From: a candidate division FCPU426 bacterium
GTDB lineage: Bacteria > Oederibacteriota > Muellerivitia > Muellerivitales > Muellerivitaceae
Reading direction: 5' to 3'
DNA: 64,000 nt
Assembly: GCA_963830915.1 (NCBI GenBank)
Contig: CAWHOE010000006.1
Location: 96,001 to 160,000, forward strand
In this document: piece after piece, positions 42,667 through 52,238 of the stretch
How the letters are laid out: every line of letters begins with the position of its first letter
How positions within the stretch are numbered: the stretch's first letter is position 1
Position numbers and translations under genes: made by a program
The notes under the pieces: model-generated
Databases searched by the model: none
Told to the model about the DNA's origin: nothing
What the model saw: the letters and a program-made list of their open reading frames with translations, nothing else

Positions 42667-43242
42667 TCAAAGGTCCCGGTTCAACTCGTTCATCGCCGCG
42701 TCCGCGCCACTCAGGATGAAGGTCTCGATCCCGGCGACCGAGCGCTTGATGGCTTCCTCGATCTTGGGTTTCTCTTCCGGCGTGAAAGTGGAAAGCACAT
42801 GGTCCGCGCCCTGCCCCGGGACTGGCGGTTTATCGATACCCAACCGCAGGCGGGGGAATTCCGAACTGCCCAGGTGGGCGATGATGGAATCCAATCCGTG
42901 GTGCCCGCCCGAACCCCCAAAAGGTTTCAAACGGATTTTCCCGACCGGCAGGTCCAGGTCGTCCGAGACCACCAGCAGATGGTCCAGGGGGATCTGACGG
43001 TAGCGCAGGAAGGGCCCGACCGCCTTGCCCGACTCGTTCATGAAGGTCTGGGGGAACAAGAGGAAGATCTCCCGCCCCTCGAACGGGAAGCTGCCCTGAA
43101 TGGCCTGGTCTTTCTCGCGCAATTTGACGTTGTGTTTGAGGACCAGGGCTTCCGCCACCCGAAAACCCACGTTATGACGGGTAAAGCGGTAATTCTCGCC
43201 GGGGTTCCCCAGGCCAGCCACGATCCAGGTTTCTAGTGCCAT
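42667..43242 (-). CDS. pth: Peptidyl-tRNA hydrolase
   Basis: GLGNPG..Y..TRHNVGF, PQTFMNESG, GGSGGHHGL, RLRLGI. Confidence 0.97.
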   Translation of the reverse strand: MALETWIVAGLGNPGENYRFTRHNVGFRVAEALVLKHNVKLREKDQAIQGSFPFEGREIFLLFPQTFMNESGKAVGPFLRYRQIPLDHLLVVSDDLDLPVGKIRLKPFGGSGGHHGLDSIIAHLGSSEFPRLRLGIDKPPVPGQGADHVLSTFTPEEKPKIEEAIKRSVAGIETFILSGADAAMNELNRDL

Positions 43243-43374
43243 GACTAAATCCCTCACAAGACCCTAGGCGCTTCTCATTTAGAAAACCTAAGGAAAGACA
43301 AAACCTGAGATCACCAGGTCGCCAAACGCCCCAATTGGGGCGGCTCCTCGTGATGACAAAAAAACATGAAATAA

Positions 43375-43410
43375 AAACGCGGAAGGAGGCTTTCGCCCGC
43401 CTTCCGCGTC
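43375..43410 (-). terminator. Terminator-like hairpin after rplY
   Basis: acgcggaagg...ccttccgcgt stem with an A-run on the plus strand. Confidence 0.65.
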
Positions 43411-43438
43411 AAGAACGACCCGTCCCTCCAAAAGGGAC

Positions 43439-44179
43439 TTATTTCTTTTCGGCAGGCTTCTTCTCGGCGGCCTTGCCAGCGGGCGCCTTGGCGTCGGCCT
43501 TGGCCTCTCCCTCGCCCTCTTCGCCCTTCTTGGCGGTGAGGACTTCGGGCTCGGCGCCAGCGGCGGCCGCGCCTTCCGCGGGAACAGCGGCGACAGCCTT
43601 GACCTCTTCGGCCATCTGCTGGGCCACGGAAACGATGACGCTACCCGCGCCCTGGACGACCTTCACGCCCTCGGGCAATTTCAGGTCCGAAACGTGGAGC
43701 GAGTCGCCGACGTTCAAGTGGGCGCAATCGACCTGGATGGCGTCCGGGATCTGGGCCGGCAAGCACTGGACCTCGACCGAACGCAGGAGTGTCTGCAGGA
43801 CCCCTCCCAGCTTCACGCCCTCGCAGATGTCCCCGTTGACGATGTGGATGGGGATCTTGATGCGGAGCTTCTCTTCCATCTTCACCTTATGGAAATCGGC
43901 GTGCATGATCGTGCTGTTGATCTTGTGGTACTGGACTTCCTTGATGACGGCCAGGACCGGTTCGCCCTTGGCGCCCTCGATGTTCAGGTTGAAGAAGATG
44001 TTCTCGCCCCGGTTGGATTGGAGGATCTGGGTCAGTTCCTTTTGCGAGACCTCGATGGATTGGTTCGCGTCCTTGTGTCCGTAGATCTCGGCCGGGACCA
44101 CACCCTGGTTCCTCATGCGACGGATGCGGCGGCTTCCACGGTCTGCTCGTATCTTGGCGGCTAATGGTACCTTTTTCAT
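43439..44179 (-). CDS. rplY: 50S ribosomal protein L25/Ctc
   Basis: RRMRNQGVVPAEIYG, IMHADF, GVKLGG; prs-rplY-pth synteny. Confidence 0.97.
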   Translation of the reverse strand: MKKVPLAAKIRADRGSRRIRRMRNQGVVPAEIYGHKDANQSIEVSQKELTQILQSNRGENIFFNLNIEGAKGEPVLAVIKEVQYHKINSTIMHADFHKVKMEEKLRIKIPIHIVNGDICEGVKLGGVLQTLLRSVEVQCLPAQIPDAIQVDCAHLNVGDSLHVSDLKLPEGVKVVQGAGSVIVSVAQQMAEEVKAVAAVPAEGAAAAGAEPEVLTAKKGEEGEGEAKADAKAPAGKAAEKKPAEKK

Positions 44180-44263
44180 TTCTGCTCGGCTCCTTCTCAG
44201 GACGTGACCGCGAAGACTCAGCCGTCACGAAACCCAAGTTCTTGTGTTTTTGGATTTATGGGA

Positions 44264-45226
44264 TCACAAATCGTTGAACAACGAACTGATGGACTCTTCG
44301 TTGTGGATACGTTGGATCGCTTCCCCTAACAGCGGGGCCACCGGCAGAACCTTGATCTTGTCGATCCGCTTCTCCGGAGGAAGAGGAATAGTATCCGTAA
44401 TGACGACTTCTTTCAAGACCGATTTTTGCAGCTTTTCCACGGCGTTTCCCGACAAAATCGCGTGGGTACAGCAAGCGTAGATATCCTTGGCCCCGAACTT
44501 CACCAGGGCGTTGACCGCCTCCACCAGGGAGCCGGCCGTGGCGATCATATCATCGGGGAGGATGACCGTGCGGCCCTTGACCTCGCCGATCAGGTTCATG
44601 GCTTCCACCTCGGTGGGACCGGTACGGCGCTTGTCCACGATGGCCAGGTCGGCGTTCAAGCCCTTGGCGTAGGCCCGGGCCATCTTGATGCCGCCCACGT
44701 CGGGGGACACCACCGTGACGTCCTTCAAGCCCTTCTGGCGGAAATAAGAGGAAATGACCGGATAGGCGTAGAGATGGTCCACCGGGATGTCGAAAAAGCC
44801 CTGGATCTGCTGGGCGTGCAGGTCCATGGTCAGGATGCGGTCCGCCCCGGCCTCGGTGATGATGTTGGCCAAAAGCTTGGCGGTGATGGGAACCCGAGGC
44901 TGGTCCTTGCGGTCCTGGCGGGCGTACCCGTAATAGGGGAGGACGGCCGTGATGCGGCGGGCGCTGGCCCGGCGAAAGGCGTCCAGCATGATGAGCAGTT
45001 CCATGACGTTGTCGTTCACGGGGGGGCAGGTGGGTTGGATGAGGAAAATATCCTTGCCGCGGACATCCTCGTTGATCTTGACGCGGATCTCACCCTCGGA
45101 GAAACGGCTGACCAAAATATCGCCCAACGGCGTCTTTAAGGCCTCGGAAATACTCTTCGCCAAGTCGGTATTGGATGTTCCCGCGAAGATCTTAAACCCG
45201 TTCGAACCCACGCCCCTCGGACTCAT
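44264..45226 (-). CDS. prs: Ribose-phosphate pyrophosphokinase
   Basis: PYYGYARQDRK, DLHAQQIQGFF, VSPDVGG, DDMIATAGS. Confidence 0.98.
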   Translation of the reverse strand: MSPRGVGSNGFKIFAGTSNTDLAKSISEALKTPLGDILVSRFSEGEIRVKINEDVRGKDIFLIQPTCPPVNDNVMELLIMLDAFRRASARRITAVLPYYGYARQDRKDQPRVPITAKLLANIITEAGADRILTMDLHAQQIQGFFDIPVDHLYAYPVISSYFRQKGLKDVTVVSPDVGGIKMARAYAKGLNADLAIVDKRRTGPTEVEAMNLIGEVKGRTVILPDDMIATAGSLVEAVNALVKFGAKDIYACCTHAILSGNAVEKLQKSVLKEVVITDTIPLPPEKRIDKIKVLPVAPLLGEAIQRIHNEESISSLFNDL

Positions 45227-45336
45227 GGCAGCTCCTTAAATGTGGTGAATGAAGGCAGGATTTTACCACCAAGGCCCAACCCTACCAAGAAAAACAAAGA
45301 ACCCGATTCATCAGGAAATGTCCATATTGTCGATGT

Positions 45337-46710
45337 CTATTTGGATGGAGAAAGAGGTCGGCCCTTTTTCTTCATGGGCCGCGCCGGTACTCCCGCGACC
45401 TTCGTCCCGGCCGGAACATCTTTGGTGACCACCGCGCCAGCGCCCACGACCGCCCCGGCCCCGATCCTGACCGGCGCCACCAGGGTGGAATTGCTTCCCA
45501 GGAAAACATCGTTCCCGATATGGGAGGTGTGCTTGTTCTTCCCATCGAAGTTAGCGAACACGCAGCCCGCCCCCACGTTCACGTTCTTTCCCAGCACCGC
45601 GTCGCCCACATAGGAGAAATGTCCTACCTTGCTCCCCGGGCCGATGTTGGCATTCTTCAATTCGGTATTGGTCCCCACATGCACACCCTTGGCCAGCACG
45701 CTCCCGCCCCTCACGTGGGCGAAAGGACCGGCGTCGCATCCGTCCTTCATCTCGCATTCCATGATCCGGGAGGACCGAATGACAACATCCTTCCCGATCA
45801 CGGAGGAATGGATGACGCTTCCTGACTCGATCCGGCAGCCCTCGCCCAGAGTGGTCTTGCCGGACAGCTTGACGTTGCCATCGATGACCGAGTCCCGGCC
45901 GATGGAAACCATCGCTCCGATCTCGACCGTCATTGGGTTCAGGAAGGTCACGCCTTCCCTTTGCATTTCCTCGATCCGCCTGGCGTGGAGGGTCTTGTGG
46001 GCGTGGGTGAGCTGTTGGCGGTCGTTGATGCCAAGTACTTCCGTGCGGTCCGGAACCATGAGGGCGTGGATCTTTTCCCCCCGGCCCAGCAGGTCATGGA
46101 TGGTGTCGGTCAGGTAATACTCGCCCTTGGAGTTGTTGGGTTTCAAGCGTTTGAGGGCCTCTACCAGGGCCGGCGCCTTGAATAGGTAGACCCCGGCGTT
46201 GATCTCATTGACCCGCCGCTCTTCCTCGGTGGCGTCCTTCTCTTCCACGATCCTCAGCACTTCCCCCTCGGGCCCCCGCAGGATTCGGCCGTAGCCGAAG
46301 GGTTCCTCCACCCGGGCCGTCAGCAGGGTGACCGCGCCCCCCTTGAGCAGGTGGAACTGGCGCAGGGCCTGGACTGTCTGGGGGCGGATAAGACAGGCGT
46401 CCGCGCAAAGGATGAGCACGTTGCCTTTGAAGCCTTTGAGGAAGGGGATGACCTGGGCGACCGCGTGGCCCGTCCCCAGCCGTTGTTTCTGGACGACCGG
46501 GACGGCCCTCTTACCTAGATGGGCCTTGACCAGGTCCGCGCCGGACCCGACCACCGCGTAGACCTTGGCGGGACCGAGGACCTCGGCGTTCTCCAGGACG
46601 TAATCGATCATGGGTTGGCCGGCCACCTGATGGAGCACTTTGGGGATCTTGGAATTCATGCGGGTGCCTTCGCCCGCCGCCAGCAGGATCGCGATCAAGG
46701 GTGATGCCAT
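45337..46710 (-). CDS. glmU: Bifunctional UDP-GlcNAc pyrophosphorylase/glucosamine-1-phosphate acetyltransferase
   Basis: LAAGEGTRMNS..PKVLH, LGTGHAV, GYGRI, EYYLTD, hexapeptide C-terminus. Confidence 0.97.
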   Translation of the reverse strand: MASPLIAILLAAGEGTRMNSKIPKVLHQVAGQPMIDYVLENAEVLGPAKVYAVVGSGADLVKAHLGKRAVPVVQKQRLGTGHAVAQVIPFLKGFKGNVLILCADACLIRPQTVQALRQFHLLKGGAVTLLTARVEEPFGYGRILRGPEGEVLRIVEEKDATEEERRVNEINAGVYLFKAPALVEALKRLKPNNSKGEYYLTDTIHDLLGRGEKIHALMVPDRTEVLGINDRQQLTHAHKTLHARRIEEMQREGVTFLNPMTVEIGAMVSIGRDSVIDGNVKLSGKTTLGEGCRIESGSVIHSSVIGKDVVIRSSRIMECEMKDGCDAGPFAHVRGGSVLAKGVHVGTNTELKNANIGPGSKVGHFSYVGDAVLGKNVNVGAGCVFANFDGKNKHTSHIGNDVFLGSNSTLVAPVRIGAGAVVGAGAVVTKDVPAGTKVAGVPARPMKKKGRPLSPSK

Positions 46711-46799
46711 GGAATCCTCCGATCGATTCGTGGGTTGAACAGTCCTCTATGATAATCCAGAAAACAGATAGGAAGCCCAGAAATAAGGAACGGAAATTT

Positions 46800-46897
46800 T
46801 AGCCACCGATTAACACTGATAAACGACAAAAAGGTAAAACAAAAAAATTTAATATTCTTAATTTTAATCGGTGTTTATCTGTGTTAATCGGTGGCTA
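46800..46897. repeat. Intergenic palindrome with ~25-bp inverted arms
   Basis: tagccaccgattaacactgataaac ... gtttatctgtgttaatcggtggcta (one mismatch). Confidence 0.8.
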
Positions 46898-48979
46898 GAT
46901 TAGAAGTAATAAATCAGGAATCTTCGCGGCGCGTTTCACCGGTTTTTTCCTCAACCGATAGACGCCGCCGAACTCGTTGGCCACCAATAGGTCCGTGTAT
47001 CTTTGGATGAAATCGTCCAGTCTGGCCCATTCAGCCGGGTTAAGCCGGTAAAAAAGGTAATCCCGGTTGATCCTCGCCCCCTCGGTGGAACAAACCACCA
47101 GGTCGTCGACCCCCATTTTTTTCAGGCCCCATCGGATACCATCCCCATCCTTTTCTTCCTTGGCCAGCTTGACCAGGACCTGCTCGTCGAAAACGCTGTT
47201 GGCGATGAAGGGCTGGCGGTAATAAAGACCCCTGGCGTCACCCGCGATCAGTAACTGGTCGTCCTGGGACAGGAGCTTGGCGCAATCCTCGGTCAAACTG
47301 TAATAGGTATAGGTCAGGGGGGAAAAACTCAGGTATTCGGAATGGAGCTGGACACCCTCCCATATCTTCTGGCTTTGGTAATAATCCGTGCTCAGTCGCC
47401 CGAGGGAAAGCAGGCTCAAAGCGCAAAAGGCCACAACCACCCAGGTCCAGGCCAGGGTGAAGGGTTTGCGGGGCAGGTCCGCCGCCGCCAAACCCATCGC
47501 GACAAGCCCGACCACGAAGGCGGGCAAGACCAGCCTCAACTGATGGGACACCAGAAAACTGAGGATCAAGTAGAACAGGCAGAGCCACAAAAGCTTTTTC
47601 GTCGCTGGCTTGAACTTGCCGAACCAAAAAAGCAGGGGCAGGAAACAAAAAAGAATGGGCGCGATGGTCTTATCCAGGTCTCTTGTCAGGATGAGGCCCA
47701 GCCATTTCCAATAACCTTCTCCCCCGCCCCATACCGCCACATGGTCGGTCATCAATTCTTTTAGGTTCTCGCTCGGAAGGGACCTGCCATGGAAAAAACC
47801 GGAGAGATAGGGATAGACCGGATCACCTGCGAAGGCGAAGTTCTTGATCAGCCAGGGCGCGGCCGAGGCCAGGATCAATATCTTGACCAGCCCTCCCCCG
47901 ACCAGCCAGCGTTTGGTCCATCCCTTGCTGGTCCAGTTCATGCCATAGACCCATAGCCCGACGAAGAGGCCCAGGACCGCCGTGTATTTCACCGTCAAGG
48001 CCGCCCCTCCCATCAAACCCGCCGCTACCGCCCATCGCCAATCGGTCTTTTGCTTGTCCCATCGGCTAAGGGAATAGAAGAACAAAAGGAGGAACAAGGA
48101 AAGCAGAAGGTCCACCTGGGCGGTCCAGGCCGTACCCGGGATCATGGGAAGGCCGATGATGAGCCCAACGGTCAAGTATCCGTATGGAAGACCCGCTTCC
48201 GAGGCCACCCAACCCGCCGCCGCCAACCCCAGGACTCCTTCCGAAAGGACGTCCATGATCTTGGCCCCTTCCCCACCCTGGAAATAAAACCCGTTCATGA
48301 GGAACATTTCCCCGCCGAAAGGATAGTGGGCGTAAAGGTTGGTGGAAAGATCGGTGATGCCGTGGTGGAACTGCCAGAAACTCAAGGCCGCCAGGTGGTA
48401 GCAGAGGGTGTCGAAATAGGCGGCAGGCACAGCCCCCTGGGACAGGGACAGGATCAGGCCGGCTATCGCCAGAAGGGTCAAAAGTTTAAGCGGGATGCCT
48501 TGGGGTGGGGTCCAGCCCAGCGGCGGCTTGTCCAGGATGAGGTCGAAAAAATCCAAGAGCGCGAAACCCAGGGCGACCAGCCCCACGAAAAAGGGCAAGG
48601 GGTCGATCCACAACCCCAACAATCCCGTACCCAACCAGAGGTTGTTGAACAACACCATGCCTAAGGCCATATCCGCCGACATCCGCAAGGCCCGGTTGTC
48701 CATCCGCAGTCCCAGCCAAAGACGAAGCCTGCGTCCCCACATCCAAAGGGTCAAAAGGGCGAAAAAGCAGAAAAATAACGCCTTGAAGAATTCCATGGCG
48801 TTGGATTTGAACCTGAAAAAGGTCGCTTGACGCAGGTCCGACAGGATGGTTCGGACAAAAGAAAAGTCCGTGACCGATGACCAGGAAAAATAATGGAGGA
48901 ACAGACCGCAGGCCCAGAGGATGAATACAGCCAGGAAAATCTTTTCAATGGTGGAGAAGAGGGGAACTTTGCTTTTCAT
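46895..48979 (-). CDS. Multi-TM GT-C-like membrane protein (putative glycosyltransferase)
   Basis: FDTLCYHL, YPFGGEM, KYTA, PWLIKN..FAGDPVYP motifs with many TM helices. Confidence 0.75.
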   Translation of the reverse strand: MKSKVPLFSTIEKIFLAVFILWACGLFLHYFSWSSVTDFSFVRTILSDLRQATFFRFKSNAMEFFKALFFCFFALLTLWMWGRRLRLWLGLRMDNRALRMSADMALGMVLFNNLWLGTGLLGLWIDPLPFFVGLVALGFALLDFFDLILDKPPLGWTPPQGIPLKLLTLLAIAGLILSLSQGAVPAAYFDTLCYHLAALSFWQFHHGITDLSTNLYAHYPFGGEMFLMNGFYFQGGEGAKIMDVLSEGVLGLAAAGWVASEAGLPYGYLTVGLIIGLPMIPGTAWTAQVDLLLSLFLLLFFYSLSRWDKQKTDWRWAVAAGLMGGAALTVKYTAVLGLFVGLWVYGMNWTSKGWTKRWLVGGGLVKILILASAAPWLIKNFAFAGDPVYPYLSGFFHGRSLPSENLKELMTDHVAVWGGGEGYWKWLGLILTRDLDKTIAPILFCFLPLLFWFGKFKPATKKLLWLCLFYLILSFLVSHQLRLVLPAFVVGLVAMGLAAADLPRKPFTLAWTWVVVAFCALSLLSLGRLSTDYYQSQKIWEGVQLHSEYLSFSPLTYTYYSLTEDCAKLLSQDDQLLIAGDARGLYYRQPFIANSVFDEQVLVKLAKEEKDGDGIRWGLKKMGVDDLVVCSTEGARINRDYLFYRLNPAEWARLDDFIQRYTDLLVANEFGGVYRLRKKPVKRAAKIPDLLLLI

Positions 48980-49038
48980 GCGACCATTCTATCGAAGGCT
49001 TCGCGCGAATGGCCTTTTTTCCCTTTTCACATAGGTCT

Positions 49039-50724
49039 TCATGTGTCCATCCCATCCCCGCGCTTGAAGATGCCGTCCAGCGAGACAGGGGCCCTTCCCG
49101 TCGCCTTCAGGTCGCCCAGCCAGACCTTGACCGCCGTTTCCTGGGCCAGGGTTCCCTCGTCCAGGGTGCTGACGTAGACCGGCGCGGAGGGACAATAATA
49201 AAGGATATAGGGGTCGCCGAAAGCCGTGATGATCACAGGTTTTCCCAGGGTGATCAGGCCGTTCATGAACAACCGTAAGGCGTTATGGTTGGGGATGAGG
49301 GTGCCGATGCCCCAGCTGGGGGCCACGATGAAGTTGTAGAAAACGTAGTCGACTTCCGGGACCTTTCGCAGGATATCCAAGACATCCTCGAACGACTGCC
49401 GGGAGGTAACGTTGAAAGACTGCACGATCGCGCCCCTTTTCTCGAGAAGTTTTTGGATATTCTCGCCTAAAGGGACTTGACCCTGGTTCTGCATGACGCT
49501 TCCTTCCGGGCTGAAGGTGTTGAGGATCATCACTTTCTTACCCTTGATGTCCCTCACCGGCAGAACCTTCCCTCGGTTACGCAGGACCGTGATGGCCTTT
49601 TCCAATATCTTTCGGGAAAGATCCTCGTGGGTGTCGGCGAATAGTCTGTGCCTAACATCGGGTAGGGAGGGCAATCCCCCGTCCTTTTCCAGACCCAGCT
49701 TAGCCTTGGCCGTCAGGATATTCCGCACAGCCTGGTCCACCCTTTTGGCCGACAGGCGGCCATCCTTGAGGGCCTTCAACAAGGCGTCGTAATCCTTCTC
49801 GAAATCCCAGGGGCTGAAGATCAAAAGCATGTCCGCGCCAGCCTGGATCACCTTGACCGCCGCCTCTTCCCGAGAAAATTGGGTGGTCACCCCTCCCATG
49901 TTCATGGCGTCGCTCACCACCAGGCCCTTGAACCCCATTTCCTTGCGCAACAGTTTGGTCAGGACTTCCGAGGAAAGGGACGAGGGAACGGGCCTTCCCG
50001 TTTCCGGGTGTTTCTCTTTCGTCAGCGCCGGCACTTCCAGGTGGGCGGCCATGATGGCGGCCAGCTTCGCCTTGGCGAAGGCGTCCCGGTAGGGTTTGAG
50101 CCAGGTCTTTTTGAACTCCGCCTTGGATTGGGTCAGGATGGCCGCGCAGATATGCTGGTCCATCTCGCCCCCGCCGTTGCCGGGGAAATGCTTTCCGCAG
50201 GCCAGCACGCCGTTGTCCTGGATGCCTTTGATATAGGGGATGGCCAGGGCGCTGATGGCCTTGGGGTTGTCCGAGTAAGCGCGGATATTGATGTCCGGGC
50301 AATGGGGGTTGGTGTTCACGTCCAGCACCGGGCTGGCGGTCATGCGGATGCCCACCGCCTTGGCCTGAAGGGCGGTGATGCGGCCCAACTCGTATTCCAT
50401 CTTCTGGTCGCCGACCCAGCCGCGGGTCATGGGCCGGGGGAACCTGGTTCCCTCTTTCAGGACCGCCCCGGTGCCGTTCTCGAAGTCTGCCGCGATCAGC
50501 AGGGGTACCTTGGCGTCGGATTGGAGGGCCGTGACGTAATCGGCGATCTCATCCTGCCCGCCGCTGAGGAAGAAACCTCCCCCCGCGTGGCATTTGTTGA
50601 CCCTCTCCCTGGTACCGGGGAAATTATCCCGGTTGGCGGCGATGAAGCCGATCATCAACAGCTGTCCGACCTTTTCTTCGGGGGTCATGTCGGACAGGGT
50701 ATGTTCGATCCAGAGCTCGTCCAT
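49039..50724 (-). CDS. Glycoside hydrolase family 3 (beta-N-acetylhexosaminidase-like, two-domain)
   Basis: EEKVGQL, AADFENG, PVLDVN, KHFPGNG....DQH, FKGLVVSDAMNM. Confidence 0.92.
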   Translation of the reverse strand: MDELWIEHTLSDMTPEEKVGQLLMIGFIAANRDNFPGTRERVNKCHAGGGFFLSGGQDEIADYVTALQSDAKVPLLIAADFENGTGAVLKEGTRFPRPMTRGWVGDQKMEYELGRITALQAKAVGIRMTASPVLDVNTNPHCPDINIRAYSDNPKAISALAIPYIKGIQDNGVLACGKHFPGNGGGEMDQHICAAILTQSKAEFKKTWLKPYRDAFAKAKLAAIMAAHLEVPALTKEKHPETGRPVPSSLSSEVLTKLLRKEMGFKGLVVSDAMNMGGVTTQFSREEAAVKVIQAGADMLLIFSPWDFEKDYDALLKALKDGRLSAKRVDQAVRNILTAKAKLGLEKDGGLPSLPDVRHRLFADTHEDLSRKILEKAITVLRNRGKVLPVRDIKGKKVMILNTFSPEGSVMQNQGQVPLGENIQKLLEKRGAIVQSFNVTSRQSFEDVLDILRKVPEVDYVFYNFIVAPSWGIGTLIPNHNALRLFMNGLITLGKPVIITAFGDPYILYYCPSAPVYVSTLDEGTLAQETAVKVWLGDLKATGRAPVSLDGIFKRGDGMDT

Positions 50725-51014
50725 CGTTCCTCCAGGGAAATAGTGTGACCATATTACTCCGCGGGTTAAACGGAGACCAAAGAACTTTTAAAGGGTTTTT
50801 GGCGAATTTGAATAATCTGCCTGGAAAATAATTCAGGACCATGGATAAAAACTATCCTTTTCCTGCTGAGATTTAAGGGGGATCTGAACACAAGGATTTG
50901 ATTTGTCGCTCGAATACAGACTTTCGACCGTAATGGTGGCCTGCCGGAGATTACTCGCCTTGAAGAACATAAAGAAAGAACTCCAGCCTGAACCCCTGCA
51001 CACTGTTTGAAAAA

Positions 51015-51051
51015 CAAAAAAGACCCCAACGGGGAGGAACCATTGGGGCCG
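51015..51051 (-). terminator. Intrinsic terminator after the YfdX-family gene
   Basis: Minus strand ggccccaatgg-ttcctcc-ccgttggggtc followed by T-run. Confidence 0.65.
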
Positions 51052-51120
51052 TAATAGCTAATCAGTTGTATTTTTCCTATACCCAAGTCATATCCCACCC
51101 CCTTTCGAATTCGACTTCGA

Positions 51121-52077
51121 TCAGCCTTTAGGTGATGTGTTTTTGCTCGTTTGAGCGGACTTGAATAGTTTCATGAGAGAAGCTTCCACTTCGTCGAAAA
51201 ACCCCTTGCCCGACTTTCCAGATTCGGTTTTGCCCTTGATGACATCCAGTTCCCCATAAAGGTCCTTGAAATCACTGGCCGTGCCGTACCCTAGGGCCTG
51301 GGCGAATTCGAGGTTGGTGCGGGCATCGGCCAGTAGCTCGCCCAGCTTTTTATTCTCATCGGCCGTCCGTTCGGCTTTTTCCGATAATTTTTTGGCATCC
51401 TCCAAAACATCCTGGGCGTTGACCACCGGGAGCGGGATCACATTATCTATCACCACCAGGGTATCCAACGCCGTTTGAAGGGTTTCTTTGGCGTCCTCCA
51501 GTTTGCCGTCGTCGATCTGCTTGACCGCTTTTTTGATGGCGTCGGGGTAGGTCGCCAATGGAATATTCGAGACGCTGATGACCGTTTCACTTCTCAGGGC
51601 ATCCAATATCTGGCGGGCTTCCGGTAGTTTCCCCTGCGCCAAAAGATCCTTGGCTTCCTTACGCGCCGCTTTGACCTTGTCCAGATCGGCGTAAACATCA
51701 TAGGTCGCCTCGCTCACGCGGTTCGGGGCCAGGGCCAGGTTGGAGTCGCGGGCCAGGATCAAGTCCAATTTACCGGTGGCCCGTTCCAGTGCCTGGATGG
51801 CCTTGTCCTTCTTGTTTTCATCCAGGCATTTCAACGCGGTCCGGGTCTCATCAATGGCGGACACGGCTTCGGAAGTGATCTGCTTGCGTTTATCAGCGAC
51901 TTGGCCCTGGGTTTTTTGATGTGTCCCCGCCTTTTGGCTCATCGCGGTTTTTTCTTTGGACTGAACGGCAGGGGTCGGCGATGGCCCGGCAGGGGATGAA
52001 TGATCGGCCATAGCCAAGAATGGAAATCCGAAAATCAGAGCGGCGAGAAGGGTTGGCTGGATCAATAAACGATTCAT
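51121..52077 (-). CDS. YfdX family periplasmic protein
   Basis: Signal peptide; ALERATGKLDLILAR, LPLATYP-like IPLATYPDAIK, LGYG motif. Confidence 0.85.
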   Translation of the reverse strand: MNRLLIQPTLLAALIFGFPFLAMADHSSPAGPSPTPAVQSKEKTAMSQKAGTHQKTQGQVADKRKQITSEAVSAIDETRTALKCLDENKKDKAIQALERATGKLDLILARDSNLALAPNRVSEATYDVYADLDKVKAARKEAKDLLAQGKLPEARQILDALRSETVISVSNIPLATYPDAIKKAVKQIDDGKLEDAKETLQTALDTLVVIDNVIPLPVVNAQDVLEDAKKLSEKAERTADENKKLGELLADARTNLEFAQALGYGTASDFKDLYGELDVIKGKTESGKSGKGFFDEVEASLMKLFKSAQTSKNTSPKG

Positions 52078-52238
52078 GGTTAACCTCCTTTTTTCAAAAA
52101 GATTTAAACCATTCATTGTTCCGGCGATTTTTCTTGGAATATTATTTAAGAACGACCCTAAAAAAAATCAAGGTCGGTTTTCGGATGAAAATATTCAAAT
52201 TCGGGTCAGAGGTTAGGACGGTGATCAAGAAATTCGTT

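Noticed and set aside
51077..51105. SD-like GGGGGTG followed by the micro-ORF MTWV* before a terminator
   Set aside because: Only four codons; cannot be supported from sequence alone
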